A stretch of DNA of 64,000 nucleotides, from the NCBI RefSeq assembly GCF_009914755.1, contig NC_060946.1. The stretch is one strand, 5' to 3'. The notes under the pieces are model-generated. The model saw only the letters and a list, made by a program, of their open reading frames with translations. It was not told where the DNA came from and did not search any database. A program made the translations under genes and the position numbers. Below are positions 32,891-49,320 of this stretch, piece after piece. This stretch comes from the human T2T-CHM13v2.0 reference genome, Homo sapiens. Position 1 is the first letter of the stretch, and every line of letters starts with the position of its first letter.

Positions 32891-34407
32891 TACAATTGAT
32901 TTTTTTAAAAAAAACTTTTCCCAGAGTGATCAAAGTGGAGGGCAGGGAAGAGTAAACATCAGTGCTTATGTTATAGCTACTAGAAGCCTCCCAATTCCAA
33001 CGACATGCTTTCAAGCAGGTCTGATCCTTCCCCTGGAGGATACCTCTGACCCAGGTGTGTACAAATGCATTGCCCTTAGTTGCTTCTGTCACCTTAGTGA
33101 TGGAAGTGACAAGAGGGTACTGGAGAAAGAAAAGGTGTACAAGGTTCCAAATGTACATTCTATTTCCAAAGGACATTTGTGAAGCCAGTGGAAAGCGAAC
33201 AAACAAGCTGCTAAATAAGTCACAAGTGTGTTCTCGTACAGTTTTGCGATTAACTAAATAGGACATTCAACAGATAAAATTTGTTTTACATAGTTACTCC
33301 TCTAATAGGATGAACTTGTGGATTGTGAGATAGGGCCGATATAACCTGTTTTCTCTCTGCCTCTTTTTTTCCCCCAAGTTTTGTGTGCAATACATTAGGA
33401 AAAATATAATTGGGCTACAAAGCTACAAAAATGGCTTCCTGGCAGTCCCATGCTTGTTTCCATGTGGTGCCTATGTTTGGCACTGTGTTCTCATTTGCAC
33501 TTTCCTACTTGATTAGTTAATGTATGAAGGACAAGCCTGATCTCTACTGTGAATTTTTACCAAGGTATTCTAGTAGAAAAATGAGTATGTAATGGTGCTG
33601 TGGAATGCTAAAGTGTGTAAAACATTAAGAATCTAAAAATATGCTCATTTCCAAGTTTTGTCCCACAGCAACTGTGCACTCTGATTATATCGCTACTGCT
33701 ATTTAAAGTTATCCATTTGCATGTCTAAAAAATAGATTCATACTGATTGTCCCATTTTGATCTCAAAAAACTCCTGAATATGAGAGTCGTGATCAAGGGA
33801 CGCTTCATGAAATGTTCCAAAGTTAAAGTGTGCAATGAAACCAGATTTATCATAGCCTTATTTAAAATAATTATTTCTAAAATTGTTATTGTTTAATTAT
33901 AAATGGTATCCTTTCAGGATACTTGGAAGATCCATAGCAGTGTTTTTATTTTCACAGAACAAGCATAAATTATTTATGAAATAATAACTCAGATACAGAG
34001 ATTACTTCCTATTGGCCTTACATATGAATATAAATAAATACATATTATGAACATGAGCATACTTATTTTATAATTATGTAAATGTGTGTGTAATGTTATA
34101 TATAAGTTCAATAAAGTCATGCTTATACATGGTTTCAATTCATGCTTCTAAAAACCACTCAATGTAGTCATTATCATATGTTAATAAATAATCTCTGAAA
34201 ATGTGCTTCTAGTAGTTGCACAATATCGCATCATAAAGATTGTCATGCTGTTTTTAAGTCATACTTTTGGGTATATAAGTTATATCTGATATTTTTCTGC
34301 TACATATATACTATTATAAATCTATTAGTAGCTGATTTTTTGTCAACACATATGATTGTTTCCTCACAATAGTACAAGAGTTGGTTGTAACTTTATTTCC
34401 TTCCAAC

Positions 34408-36427
34408 ATTTATTTTAGGTTCAGCGGGTACATGTGCAGGTTTATTATATGGGTAAAATGTGTGTCAATGGGATTTGGTGTACAGATTACGTAGTCATCC
34501 AGGTAGTGAACGTAGTATCTAATAGGGAGTTTTTTGATCCTCACTCTCCCCCCCACCCTCCACCCACAGTAGACCTTGTGTCTCTTGTTCCCTTCTCTAT
34601 GTCCATGTGGACTCAATGTTTAGCCCCCACTTATAAGTGAGAACATGCAGTGTTTGTTTGGTTTTCTGTTCCTGCATTAATTCACTTAGAATAATGGTAT
34701 CCAGCTCCATTCATGTTGCTGCAAAAGACATTATTTCATCCTATTTTATAGGTGTGTAGTATTCCATGGTGTATGTACGCTGCATTTTTTTAATCCAGTC
34801 TTCTGTTAACAGGCATCTAAATTGATTCCGTGTCTTTGCTATTGTGAATAGTGTTATAATGAAAATATGCATGCATATGTCTATGACAGAATGATTTATA
34901 TTCCTTTGGGTATATACCCAATAATGGGATTGCTGGGTTGAATGGTAGTTCTGTTTTAAGTTATTTCAGAAATCTCCAAACTGCCTTCCACAATGGCTGA
35001 ACAAATTTACATTCCTGATGAAACTGGAGACTTCCCTGACTCCCCTTGGCAGAATGTGCAACAGGGGTGTGGCTTGTCTGGCCACCGTGTGTGCTGTCAA
35101 ACCCCTTACTGGGCAGGGAAGCATGCAGACAGGCAGGTGCAATAGGCAGGGCAAGTGGCCATGGTACTGTCTAGGGGTGGGTTCCTGCGACTCCCACAGC
35201 ACAAGTGGGCATGTGTTACAGTGCACTCTTTTAGCTTTGCCATCCACAGACGGCTTAAGTGTTAACCTGTTCAGTGCCCTCTTGGTACCCAGTTCCTTGT
35301 CCAGCATCCAGAAAGAATTAAGTTGCACACAGACTTGAGGATGGTGAATGTGGGGGTTTTATTGAGTGGTGGAGGTGGCACTCAATGGGATGGATGGGGA
35401 GCTGGAAAGGGGATGGAATGGGAAGATGATCTTCCCCGGGAGCTTTGCCATCCAGAGGCTGATCTCTCCAACCACTGCCAGCCAAACTCCTCTTGGCATT
35501 CAGATGCTCCTTCTCTTTTTTCTGCCACATCATTCTGCAATTCTGCTCTTCTGTTCATCTCCTCATCTGCTTGTCTGCTTCTGGAGCCTGGGGTCTGGGG
35601 CATATATGGGTACAGGACAGGGGGTGCATGGTGAGCTGAAAGACAATTTTGGGTGCAAAAGCAGGAATGCCTGTTCCCATTTAGGGCCATGGGTTTCCAG
35701 GCTTGTGGGCACGGCTTTGCCAGGGAACCACTCTCTTCTACCCAGTATTTCCCTGTCTCCTTTCTATATCACCACCAGCAGTGTATAAGCATTCCCTTTT
35801 TTCCACAAACTCGGCACCGTCTGTTATGTTTTGATTTTTTAATAATAGCCATTCTGACCGGTGTGATATGGTATCTCATGGTTCTGATTTTCTGATGATT
35901 AGTGATGTTGAGTATTTTTTCATATGGTTGTTTGCCATACATACTTTGTCTTTTGAAAAAAGAATCCACAGACAGCTTAAGTGTTAACCCGTTCAGTGCC
36001 CTCTTGGTACACAAGTCCTTGTCCAGCATCCAGAAAGAAGTTGCACATGGACTTGAGGATGATGAATGTGGGGGCTCATGTTCTTTGCCTATTTGTAGTG
36101 GGTTTGTTTTTTGCTTATTGATTCTTTATACATGCTAAGTATTAGACCTTTTTCAGATATGTAATTTGAAAATATTTTCTTCTGTTCTGTAGGGTGTTCT
36201 CTGTTGATAGTTTCTTTTGCTGTGCTGAAGCTCTTTAGTTTCATTAGGTCCCACTCGTCAATTCTTCTTGTTGCAATTGCTTTTGGAACCTTCATCATGA
36301 AATATTTGCCTGCGTCTATGTCCAGAATGATATTTCCTAAGTTTTCTTCTAGGGTTTATATAGTTTTGGGTCTTACATAAGTCCTTCATCCATCTTGAGT
36401 TGATTTTTGTATATGGTGAAAGGAAGG
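34408..36427 (-). mobile_element. L1PA 3' end, interrupted by a solo LTR
   Basis: ggtacatgtgcaggtt...cccacttataagtgagaacatgcag...gggattgctgggttgaatggtagttct. Confidence 0.9.
35016..35771 (-). mobile_element. ERV1-type solo LTR (LTR27/LTR28/MER52-like)
   Basis: TG...CA termini splitting L1 text attcc|ccaccagcagtg; minus strand starts tgatatagaaaggagacagggaaatactgggtagaag. Confidence 0.7.
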
Positions 36428-39400
36428 GAGTGTACATGCCCCTGTGATATTGTTCCTAATATGCAGGTTGGGAGAGGATATTATACTCAATATTGCAGGA
36501 AGTGTCGACCACCCTGAATATTGCTTTTAATATCCAGGGAGAGAGGGTGATATTACTCCCAATATCATCCTCTCCCCCCACACCCTGCATAGTACAAGCA
36601 ATATCAAAGGGGGTCTGTGCAACACGTGCAATATTGGGAGTAATATCCTCCCCCAACATGGATATTAGAAACAGTATCACAAGGGGTTGTACACCACCTG
36701 TGATATTGTGGAGTACTATCATTTTCTTTCCCCATGGATATGTAGAACAATATCACAAAGGTGGTGTACAACCCCTGCTATATTGGGAGTAATACTGTAC
36801 TTTCCCCACCTAGATATTAGGAACAATATCACGGGGGGTTATACACCACTGCAACATTGGGAGTAATATCATCCTTTCCCTCCCTGGATATTAGGAACAA
36901 TACCTCATGGGTGTGTACACCCTGTTCCATATTGGGATTAATATTTTCTCCCTTGCTGGACATAAGGAAAAATATAACGGGGGGTATACACTCCTTATGA
37001 TATTGCCAGTAATATTATAGACTCCCCAAAGGGATATTAGAAAGAGTATCAGAGAGGGGTGTACATCCCCTGCTATATTGGGAATAATATTCTTTCTTTC
37101 CCTGGATATTAGTAATAATATCACAAAGGGGTTGTATACCCCCCGTGACATTTTAATTAATATCATCTTCCCCACTGAATATTAGGAACAAATTCCCAGG
37201 GGATTGTACACCACCTGCAATATGGACGGCTATATCATTGTCTCTCCCCCGAATATAAGGAACAATATCACAAGGGGGTTGTACAACCCCTGTGATATTG
37301 GGAGTAACTTTATACCCTTTCCACATGGATATTAGGAACAATATCACAGGGTGGGTGTACACCCACTGCGATATTGGGAGTAATATCATCCTCTACCCCC
37401 TGGGTATTATGAACAATATCATGGGGAGGGGGTGTATGCCCTCTGTGATATTGGGAGTAATATCATCCTGTCCCCTCTGGATATTAGGAAGGATATCACA
37501 GCGGGGCTGTACCTTTCTGCACTATTGGGAGTGGTATCACCCTCTCCCCCTATGGATATTAGGAACAATATCACAAAGGGGGTGTACACATCCTGCGATA
37601 TTGAGAGTAATATTGTCCACTCTTCCCTGGAATATTAGGAACAATATCACAGGCAGAGTGTACACCCCCTGCTATTTTACCTGTAATATTATTCTCTCCC
37701 AACCTGGATATTAGGAATAATATAACAGGAGGGTTGTACACCACTTGTGATATTGGGAGTAATATCATTCTCTCCCCCCATGGATATTGAGAACAATATC
37801 ACAGGGGCAGCTTACACCTCCTGCGCCATTTAGAGTAATATCATCCTTTTCCCCCATGGATATTAGGAACGATATCGCATGGGAAGTGTACACCCCCGCC
37901 ATATTGGGAGTAATATTTTCTCCCTTGCTAGATATTAGGAACAATATCACGGGAATGCACACACCCTGCGATATTGCCAGTAATATCGTAGTCTCCTCCC
38001 AGGATATTAGGAACAATATCACAAGGGGGGTGTACATGCCCTGTGATATTGGAAGTAATATCATCGACTCCCCCAACGGATATTAGTAACAATAGCAGAA
38101 GGGGTGTACACCCCTTGCAATATTTATAGTACTATCATCCTATACCCCCTGGATATTAGGAACAATACCACGGGGAGGTGTATACCCACTGTGATATTGG
38201 GAGTAATTTCATCCTCTACCCCTTGGATGTTAGGAGCAGTATCACAAGGGGGATGTGCACCCTCTGTGATATTAAAAATAATACCATTCTCTCCTTCTGT
38301 GGATACTAGGAATAATATCACAGTGCTGGTGTACACCCTTTACACTATTTGGAGCAATATCACCCTCTCCCCCACTTGATATTAGAGACAATATCATGGG
38401 GGGTGGCGTGTAACACCCTGCACTGTTGGGAGTACTATCATCTAGTCTTCCCCTGGATATAAGAAACAGTATCACAGAAGGGGTCTACACCTCCTGAGAT
38501 TTTGGGAGTAATATCATCCTCTCCAAATCTGGATATTAAGGACAGTATAATGGGGTGTGGGGAGTAATATGGTGGGAGTAATACAATCCTCCTCCCCACT
38601 TGATATTAGGAACAATATCGCAAAACGTGTGTACACCCACTGTGACATTTGGAGTAATATCAACATTTCCCCACCTGGTATCACGGGGAGAGTGTACAGT
38701 CCTTACGATATTGGAAGTATCATTGTCTCTCACTCTCGATATTAGGAAAAATAGCACAGGGTGTGTATACACTTCCTGTGATTTTGGGAAGAACATCATA
38801 CCCTTCTGTCTTTGATATTAGGAACAATATCACAGAGGGGGTGTACAACTTCTGTGATATTATAATATTCTTTCTTCCTATGGATATTAGGAATGATATC
38901 CCGGTGGGCTTGTTGTACACCCCCTGTGATACGGACAGTAATATCATTGTCCTTCCCCCTACATATTAGAAACAATATCACAAGGGTGGTATACACCCCC
39001 TGGATATTAAAAACTATCACAGGGGGGCTGTACAACCTCTTTGATACTGTGAGTAATACCATTGTCTCCCCTCCTGGGTATTAATAACAATATCATAGGG
39101 TGGGTGTACACCCCCTGCAATATTGGGAATAATATCATCCTGTCTTCCCCGGGATATTAGGAACGGTATCACAGGTGGGGTTTACACCCCCTGCAATTTT
39201 GTCAGTAATATTACTTCTGGATGTTATTGAATATATCACAGTGGGGGTGTACACCCCCTGTGATATGGGGAGTAATAGCATCCTCTTTCCCACTGGATAC
39301 TACAAACAATATCGCAGATTGTGTACAACCTCCTGTGATATTGTTCACAATATTTAGGGAAGGAGAGGATGATATTACTCCACATATCGCAGGGAGTGTT

Positions 39401-40274
39401 ACATCCCCTGTAATATTGTTCATAATATTTAGAAGACGACAGGATGATATTACTCCCAATATAGTAGGAAGTATACACTCCCCTGTGATACTGTTCATAA
39501 TTTTTAGGGGATTAGAGGATGATATTACTTCCAATATCACAGGGAGTGTACACTGGTGATATTGTTTATAATTTTCAGTGGATTAGAAGATATTATTCCG
39601 AATATCACAGGGGTTGTACATCCCCAAGTGATATTGTTAATATTCAGTGGGAAAGAGGATGATATTACTCCCCATATCACGGGGGATGTAAACCCGTTTG
39701 TGGTATTGTCACTTACATCTGGGGGGGAGAGGATGATATTACTCTGCATATCATAGAGGGTGCACACGGCTGTAATGTTGTCCATAATAACATCCAGAGG
39801 GGAAGAGAATATTATTCCCATGTTTCAGAAGGTGTACACACCCCTGTGATAGTCTCTGTAACATTTAGGGAAGAAGGGGATGATACTACTCCAGATATTG
39901 CAGGGGGTGTACACCCCCCTGTGATACTGTTCATAACGTTTAGGGGAAAGAGGATGATATTACTCCCCATATCGAAGGGATTGTACATCTCCCTATATAT
40001 TGTCCATAACATCCAGGACAGGAGAGGATATTACTACTCCCCATATCACAGGGGGTGGACAACCCCCTCTAAATATGTCTAACATCCAGGCGGGAACAGG
40101 AGGATATTTTTCCCCATAACCCAGAGAAAGTAAACCTCCTGCGATATTGTCCATAACATCCAGTGGGGGGAGGATGATATCACTCCCCATATTGCAGGGG
40201 GTGCACACTCCACTCTGATATTGGCCGTAATATCCGGGGGGGTGAAGTATGAAGTCACTACACATATCGCAGGG
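36428..40274. repeat. SATR1/SATR2-type ~73-bp satellite, block 1
   Basis: Tandem ggatattaggaacaatatcacagggggtgtacaccccctgtgatattgggagtaatatcatcctctccccc units; orientation switches near 36560 and 39330. Confidence 0.9.
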
Positions 40275-41238
40275 ATTATTAGTATCAGATTGTTTGAAGG
40301 GCTCACAGTAAGGGTAGTAGTAGGGCGAGTTCTAACTCAAATAGGGGAAATGTGATGGCTACTAGAAAGAATTTTATGGAGAAGGGAATGTGGGCAGAGG
40401 ATAGAGGGTCAAATCTGCATTCATAAGGGCTAGATTTTTCTATATATATTTATTTTATACATATATATATTTTTTTCTCTCTCTCTACTTATATATATTA
40501 AGTTGTGGGAGCCAAAATGTAATAATTATTAGTAACAGGGCAAATAGGGTGTTGATTACTAGGGTTAATGTTAGGTGAATTACTGTTTTTCGGATGCTAT
40601 CAAAACTTTGGAAATCATGGTACTATTTATACTAAAAGAGTAAGATCCTCATCAATAAGTAGAAACATACAAGAATAGTCATACTACATCTACAAAGTGT
40701 CGATATCAGGCAGCGGCTTCAAAGGCAAAGTGATGACTAGATGTAAAGTGGTATTTTAATTGGCGGAGAAGGCAGACTGAGGAATGTTGACCCAATAATG
40801 ACGTGAATTCTGTGAAAGCCTGTAGCTATAAAAAATGTTGAGCCATAAATACCATCAGAAATAGCAAAGGGAGCTTTGAAGTATTCTGAGACTTGTAGGA
40901 GGGTGAAGTAAATATCTAATATAATTGTAACAGGTAGTGCTTGGATTGTATGTTTTTGATTATTTTTTGTTAGGCTGTGATGGGCTCAAGTAATTGAAAC
41001 TCCTGATGCAAGTAATACAGATGGATTCAGGAGAGGTACTTCCAGGGGGTCAAGGGGAGAAATACCTGTTGGGGGTCAATGCCCTCCTAATTCTGGAGTA
41101 GGGGCTAGGCTAGAATGGTAGAATGCTCAAAAGAATCCAGCGAAGAGGAATATTTCTGAGATAATAAATAGGACTGTCCCATATTGGAGGCCTTTTTGAA
41201 CAGTTGTTGTATGGTGACCCTGAAATGTACTTTCTCAG
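40275..41238 (-). pseudogene. NUMT piece 1: 3' part of MT-CO3, tRNA-Gly, most of MT-ND3
   Basis: Reverse complement matches mtDNA: ND3 ~40275-40580 (ttctccataaaattctttctagtagc), tRNA-Gly 40581-40641 (actcttttagtataaatagtacc), COX3 40642-41238; (TA)n-rich expansion at 40441-40498. Confidence 0.92.
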
Positions 41239-41254
41239 ATACAGAACACCCTTG

Positions 41255-42597
41255 GTCAATTGAATACAGATCAATCACTTTAAGTAAGCTAAGTCCTTAC
41301 TAAATTGATGAGACTTAAACCCATGAAAACTTAACAGCTAAACTCCCTAGTCAACTGGTTTGAATCTACTTCTCCAGCCGCTGGGGGAAAAAGGGTGAGA
41401 GAAGCAGGATTGAAGCTGCTTCTTTGAATTTACAATTCAACATGAAAATCACCTTGGGACTGGTAAAAACAGGCGTTGACCTCTGTTTTTAGATGTACAG
41501 TCTAATGCCCTACTCAGTCATTTTACCCTTTTTTCTCACTTCATTTATGTTGGCTGACAGTTGACTATTCTCAACCAACCATAAAGATATCGGGACATTA
41601 TATTTATTATTTGGCACATGAGCAGGGATAGTCAGTACAGCTTTAAGCCTTATTCGAGCTGAACTCTACTAGATGATCAAATTTATGTCATTGTTATAGC
41701 CTATGCATTTGTCATAATTTTCTTTATAGTAATACTATAATTGGAGGTCTTGGCAACTGATTAGTCCCCCGATAATTGGCGCCCCCGATATAGCATTTCT
41801 CTGCATAAATAATATGAGCTTCTGACTCCTCCCACCCTCCTTCCTATTATTACTTGCATCCACTATAGTAGAAGCCGGCACTGGAACCGGCTGAACAGTC
41901 TCTCCTCCCTTAGCAAGAAACCTAACACATGCAGGCGCCTCTGTAGATTTCACTATCTTTTCACTCCACTTGACAGGTGTTTCTTCTACTTGAGGGGCTA
42001 TTAACTTTATTACCACAATTGTTAATATAAAACCCCCAGCCATGTCCCAATATCACACACCCCTCTTCATCTGATTAGTCCTAATTACAGCAGTTCTTCT
42101 ACTCCTTTGTCTCCGAGTCCTAGCCGCCAGCATCACTATATTGTTAACTGACTGCAATCTTAATACTATTTTTTTCTACCTGGCTGGCGGAGGTGATCCT
42201 GTCTTATTTCAGCATTTATTCAGATTCTTTGGTCACCCTGAAATCTACATCCTCATCCCACTGGGCTTTGGGATAATTTCCCACGTCGTAACATACTATT
42301 CTGGAAAAAAAAGAACCATTCAGGTATATGGGCCTAGTGTGAGCTATAGGATCAGTTGGATCCTTACAGTTTATTGTATGGGCCCACCGTATATTTACGG
42401 TAGGGATAGATGTGGATACATGAGCCTGCTTCACCTCTGCTATTATAATTATTGCTATTCCTACTAGCGTCAAAGTTTTTAGCTGACTAGCTAGCTACAC
42501 TTCACGGCGGTAATATCAAATGATCCCCCGCAATGCTGTGAGCCCGGGGATTTATTTTCCTTTTTACAGTAGGAGGCCTAACCAGCATTGTATTGGC
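41255..42597 (+). pseudogene. NUMT piece 2: tRNA-Ala(part)/Asn, OL, tRNA-Cys/Tyr and 5' ~1 kb of MT-CO1
   Basis: WANCY-region text (taagctaagtccttact...cttctccagccgc...gaagctgcttctttgaatt); COX1 ATG at 41547; peptide [26 protein letters not shown]; multiple indels. Confidence 0.95.
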
Positions 42598-42654
42598 TGA
42601 GGCTTATATTATGGTTCATTCATACATTTAGAAACCTGAAAGTTTCTAAATAAG

Positions 42655-43190
42655 TTGTAAAAAAGTTGTAAAAACACCCCAGCTGAAATAACTACGAAGG
42701 TGCCTTTAATATTCTGAAGACAAAATAGCTAAGATCCAAACTGGGAGTAGATACCCCGCTATGCTTAACTCTAAACTCGAATAGTTAGATCAACAAAACT
42801 GTTGGCCAGAACACTACAAGCAACAGCTTAAAACTCAAAGGACTTGGCGGTGCTTTATAGCCCTCTAAAGGAGCCTGTTCTATAATCGATAAACCGCAAT
42901 TTACCTCACCACCTCTTACCCAGCCTAAATACCTCCATCTTCAGCAAACGCTGGAAAGGCCGCAGAGTAAGCACAAGTATCTACATAAAAACTTTAGGTC
43001 AAGGTGTAGCCCATGAGGTGGCAAGAAATGGGAACGTTTTCTACATCCAGAAAAATGTCGCGACAACCGTTATGAAATCTAAGGGCTCAAGGAGGATTTA
43101 GCAATAAATTGAGAGCAGAGTGTTTAATTGAATAAGGCCATGAAGCATGCACACACCGCCCGTCACCCTCCTCAAATATATTCTAGAAAT
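42655..43190 (+). pseudogene. NUMT piece 3: internal mitochondrial 12S rRNA fragment
   Basis: aaactgggagtagatacccc; aaactcaaaggacttggcggtgcttta; cacacaccgcccgtcaccctcctc. Confidence 0.95.
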
Positions 43191-43196
43191 TCATTC

Positions 43197-45335
<2,139 letters not shown>

Positions 45336-45339
45336 CGTA

Positions 45340-45740
45340 TAGAATAAAGCAGGCGGAGGAAGATGGGATAACCTTACTAGCTGAAGCTTCTGGCTCTCTT
45401 TTTTTCTTCTTCCCGTGCAGGACACTTGCTTCCCTTCTTCCTGCCCTCGGACATGAGACTCCAGGTTCTTACGCCTTTGGACTCTGGGACTTGTACCAGC
45501 GGCTTCCCCGAGGCTCTCAGGCCCTCGGCCTCATACTGAAGACTGCACTGCGGGCTTTCCTGGTTTTGAGGCTTTTGGACTTGGACTGAGCCACTACTAG
45601 CTTCTCTCTTTCCCTACCTGGCAGACAGCCTATTGTGGGACTGCCTTCTAACCGTGTGAACCAATTCTCTCTCGTAATCTCCCTTATACATATACGTGTA
45701 TCTTGTTGGTTCTGTCCCTCTGGAGAACCCTGACTCATAC
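45340..45740 (+). mobile_element. MLT2A (HERVL LTR), 3' portion
   Basis: agaataaagcaggc...cttcctgccctcggacat...tggttctgtccctctggagaaccctgactcataca. Confidence 0.85.
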
Positions 45741-47283
45741 ATTTTGTTTATTTTTTCTCCATTGCCCTTTCCTCTGCTTCTAGGCTTACCTAGACCACCA
45801 CCATTCTTTCCCCCTTTCTAAAGTAAAAGTTGTTTTTTTCTCACTAAATGCATGGTATTCTGCCCGTTTTCCATGGCTTCCCTCAGCCCTGCTCTGTTTA
45901 TTCTTGCTATCTTAAGAGGAAATCCCTGCCTCTTCCGTGGCTTTTCCCACTTGGCCTACATACTGGTTTCTGTTGTTCTCAGAGACACACTGAGACCCTT
46001 CACATCTCACTGTCACTTCTTGGAAGGGCTCTCTACCTCGTCTGCCTGCTGAGCAACCTCTTGGGGAGACGCAGGCCCTCTTGAGTCACTGAACTTGAGC
46101 TATATGGTGTTGGTATGTTAATTTATCTTCTTAGACCACTTACCACTTCTTTAACTTCAAAAGAGGAGAATAAGTATTATTTTCCATGGTTGATATGAAG
46201 AGTAGAAATAACTTATACCAAATGCATTGCAGTTAAGTGATAATAAATGGCCGTGAATGCCCTTATTAATGTTATTCTATCAGTCTCGGCTCAGATAGCA
46301 TCTGCTCTGTAAGCTCTGCTCTGAATCATATCTGCTTCTTCTCTGGGTTCCTTGTGCTCTGTTCTTAACTACTTTAAAGCAGTAATTGTTCTGATTCTAA
46401 TTAGTGATCCTTCCCAATAAAATTTTAATTTTGTAGATCTCTTCCCCCTACCCCTGCCGCAGCCTAACCAGTGTTTTCTTACTTTTTTGTGTACAAGCTA
46501 CATCACTGGTCTTTTATTTGTGGCTAAATAAATGTTGTGTTAGAAGAGTAAAGAGTTCCCAGTTACATGGGATCTATAGTTCTACAAAATGAATGTATAC
46601 ATAATCCATGTAAATATTTCACTTATTTTAAAACAATTTTTTAATTTTTAAATTAAATTTAATTTGTGCATGTGTGTGAGACCAGAGTGAGACCAGAGAT
46701 TGCGGCGGTGAGGGGCGGTGGTCTCACCATGTTGCCCAGGCTGGTCTTGAACTCCCCTTCAAGTGCCCCCCTCCTCACCTGGCCCCCCTCACCTTGCCTC
46801 CTCCCCCTCACTCCTATGCCAGCCCCTGCCATTCCCTACCCCCTCTGTTGACCGCAAGACTCAACAAGTGACTTGCTGAGCAAACCCTGCTGAGAAGAGG
46901 TCTGTTTAGGGACACAGGAGGCCAAGTACACAAAAAAGCAAAAGAACTAGCATGCCTTTTTCAATGGATGTCTATTTTACAGGGCTGGCTTCAGATTATT
47001 GTTATAGCTTTAAATAAAAGGACCGTTTTGTCATCTCGGCCCATGGCCTACATTATTTCTTTACTGTCCATTGCCCTGGGCGCTTGACTAATAATTTAAC
47101 AGCAATTTTTTTTTTAAATTTTAAATCATGATTCATTGCATTGCTGTAAGAGTAATTAGAGGTAAATTAGGGCTTGAAACTGCCTGTAGTGGGTTACTTT
47201 CTGAGATCTTAGTATAATTATCAGGTGAGAGGGTGAAGTTTTAATCAGCGCTAAGTGGGATAGAAATTCAATGCACTGAAACT

Positions 47284-47582
47284 GTAGTGTCCAATTCAGT
47301 AGGCGCTAGCCACCTGTAACTGTTGAGCACTTGAAATCCTGGCTAGTCCTAATTGAGATGTGTTGTGTTAAATATACTGGATTTTGTCATTGGAGTGGGA
47401 AGAACAGCGTAGAATATCTGCTTGATAATTTTTTATATTGATTACATGTTAAAATTATTACTATGATTACTATTTGGGACATACTGAGTTAAGTATATTT
47501 AAAATTAATTTCACCTTTTAATGGGGCTTACTAGTACATTTAAAATTACATATGTGGCTCACATATTTATTGGACAGCACGG
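47284..47582. mobile_element. hAT-Charlie MITE (MER33/MER3-like)
   Basis: gtgtccaat...gctagccac...ttgagcacttgaaa...attggacagcac. Confidence 0.7.
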
Positions 47583-49320
47583 CTCTAGAAGTTTAGGAAG
47601 AAATAAGAAAAATATTGAGAATAGGTAGCAACAGTAGGAAGTTTGACCTCCTGTAAGACTGATTCCAATAAAACTAATAGGTGATAGTTTTAATTGGCTT
47701 TTTCCTACTAGAAAAAGTAAGTGTACTTTACGTGTCTCTTTGTTCTCCCTCTTTCCCCTTCAATTTAGTGGTTAGCGTGTATTTACTATATCAGGCTTAA
47801 AATTCACTAAGCAGTGTTAAGAAGACTTAGGTAAATGATTCCCTGATGAACACACTTGATTTTCAAAGCACCTTCCTAACCCATTTTTAATTGGAATAGA
47901 GTCAAAGGTAGATGGCTTATTAGTAGTCATCTCATTTAAACCTCATGGAATTTTCCTGTTAAATCTCAAAGTAAACAATTTGTTATAGGCTGTTTTGTCA
48001 AGTGCATGGAAGGGACAGCATAAGACATGTGGTACTTCATTTCAAAATTGCTTGAGATGGTTTTCATTATAATCATACATTATTTGCTTCTGGTTTTCCA
48101 GAAAAGCCAGCTAAACCTGTGGTTCATTTAGATATAAATGAAATATCCTCAAAGGATTGCTCAAAGTGACTTATGCAACTTGAATATATATTTTTTTCTG
48201 TAGGGTGTTTATTCCAAATTATCTGGCCATTTGTGGCAATTTGCAGTTTTTTAGAAAACACCAAATATTTTTCAAGTTAGAGATGTTTTAATAAAAACAG
48301 TCATATTGAACTGGAAGCAGCCAAATAAAATGGCCCTTTATTTCACAGTTGAGAATTTGAAATTGGAAGGTAATTAACATATGTAAGGATGATGTATTTG
48401 CTGCCTGGCTTATAGGAAGGAGCCAAGGTGTTTTTTGAGGGATGTTGTTGCTGTGTATGTCCCACCTATTTTGCTTCCTTAATGAACAATGCAAGTTTGA
48501 GACAGAAATATTTGAGAACATTTTTATCAGTTGCGACATTTTGATAGTGAACATTTTATATCTTCTGTCAACTTAAAATGTTTGCATCTTCTGTCTGCTT
48601 AAAATGTTTAATTTGTTATAGCCAAATAATTTGGCTATAATTGAGAATTTAATTTATCAAATTAAATTGCTTTTTTTCCCTTTAGACTTTCTTCAGTCAC
48701 ATCTGAATAAATCACTTAGAAGTAAGCTAGATGTAATATAATGAAATGCTTAAAAGGGCTGTGTATCTTCATATTACACTTACAGTGATTTTCTGTTGTA
48801 CCCATTATATTCTACCTGCAGCTAGTTGAGGTAAAGAGAGGGCATTTAACTGTCAAGGGAACCTGTGAGGAGACTGTAGAAATCTGGAAAGTCTCTTGAG
48901 TCTTTGAGGGATTTTGGGATGCAGAGAGTGGGGCTGGGATCTCTGGCTAGGTTGGAGCCAGCCTGCATTTGTATCTTTATCTTGGAAGCAAACATAGAAT
49001 GCAGAGATAGATGTGGCCTGGATGCTGCTAACTCTAGCCAACCACTAAATCTTAAGGTGGGAGAGATGCAGGCTTTGGCTGTGTGCTAAGCTGCTGTAGC
49101 TGGTTGAATGTAGAGGTCACTATCTTTTCTGAATACTTGTAAGTAAATTAAATCATTCTCTACTCCTGTATGCCTGCCAACCAAATGGGAAATCGCTATA
49201 GAAAAGATGGTTTAAATTTTAGTCTTTGAAGTGGTTAATGCACGTTTCTGGAATCAAGATTTAATGTGGACTTGGATTGGATATTGAATATTTTTGATTT
49301 GTCTACTTTTCTCTCCATAG

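Noticed and set aside
40581-43190. Functional tRNA and rRNA genes
   Set aside because: Mitochondrial-derived, truncated and with indels.
45340-45740. MLT2A LTR as a second DUX4-responsive promoter
   Set aside because: Only the 3' part is present and I see no TAAYYYAATCA in it.
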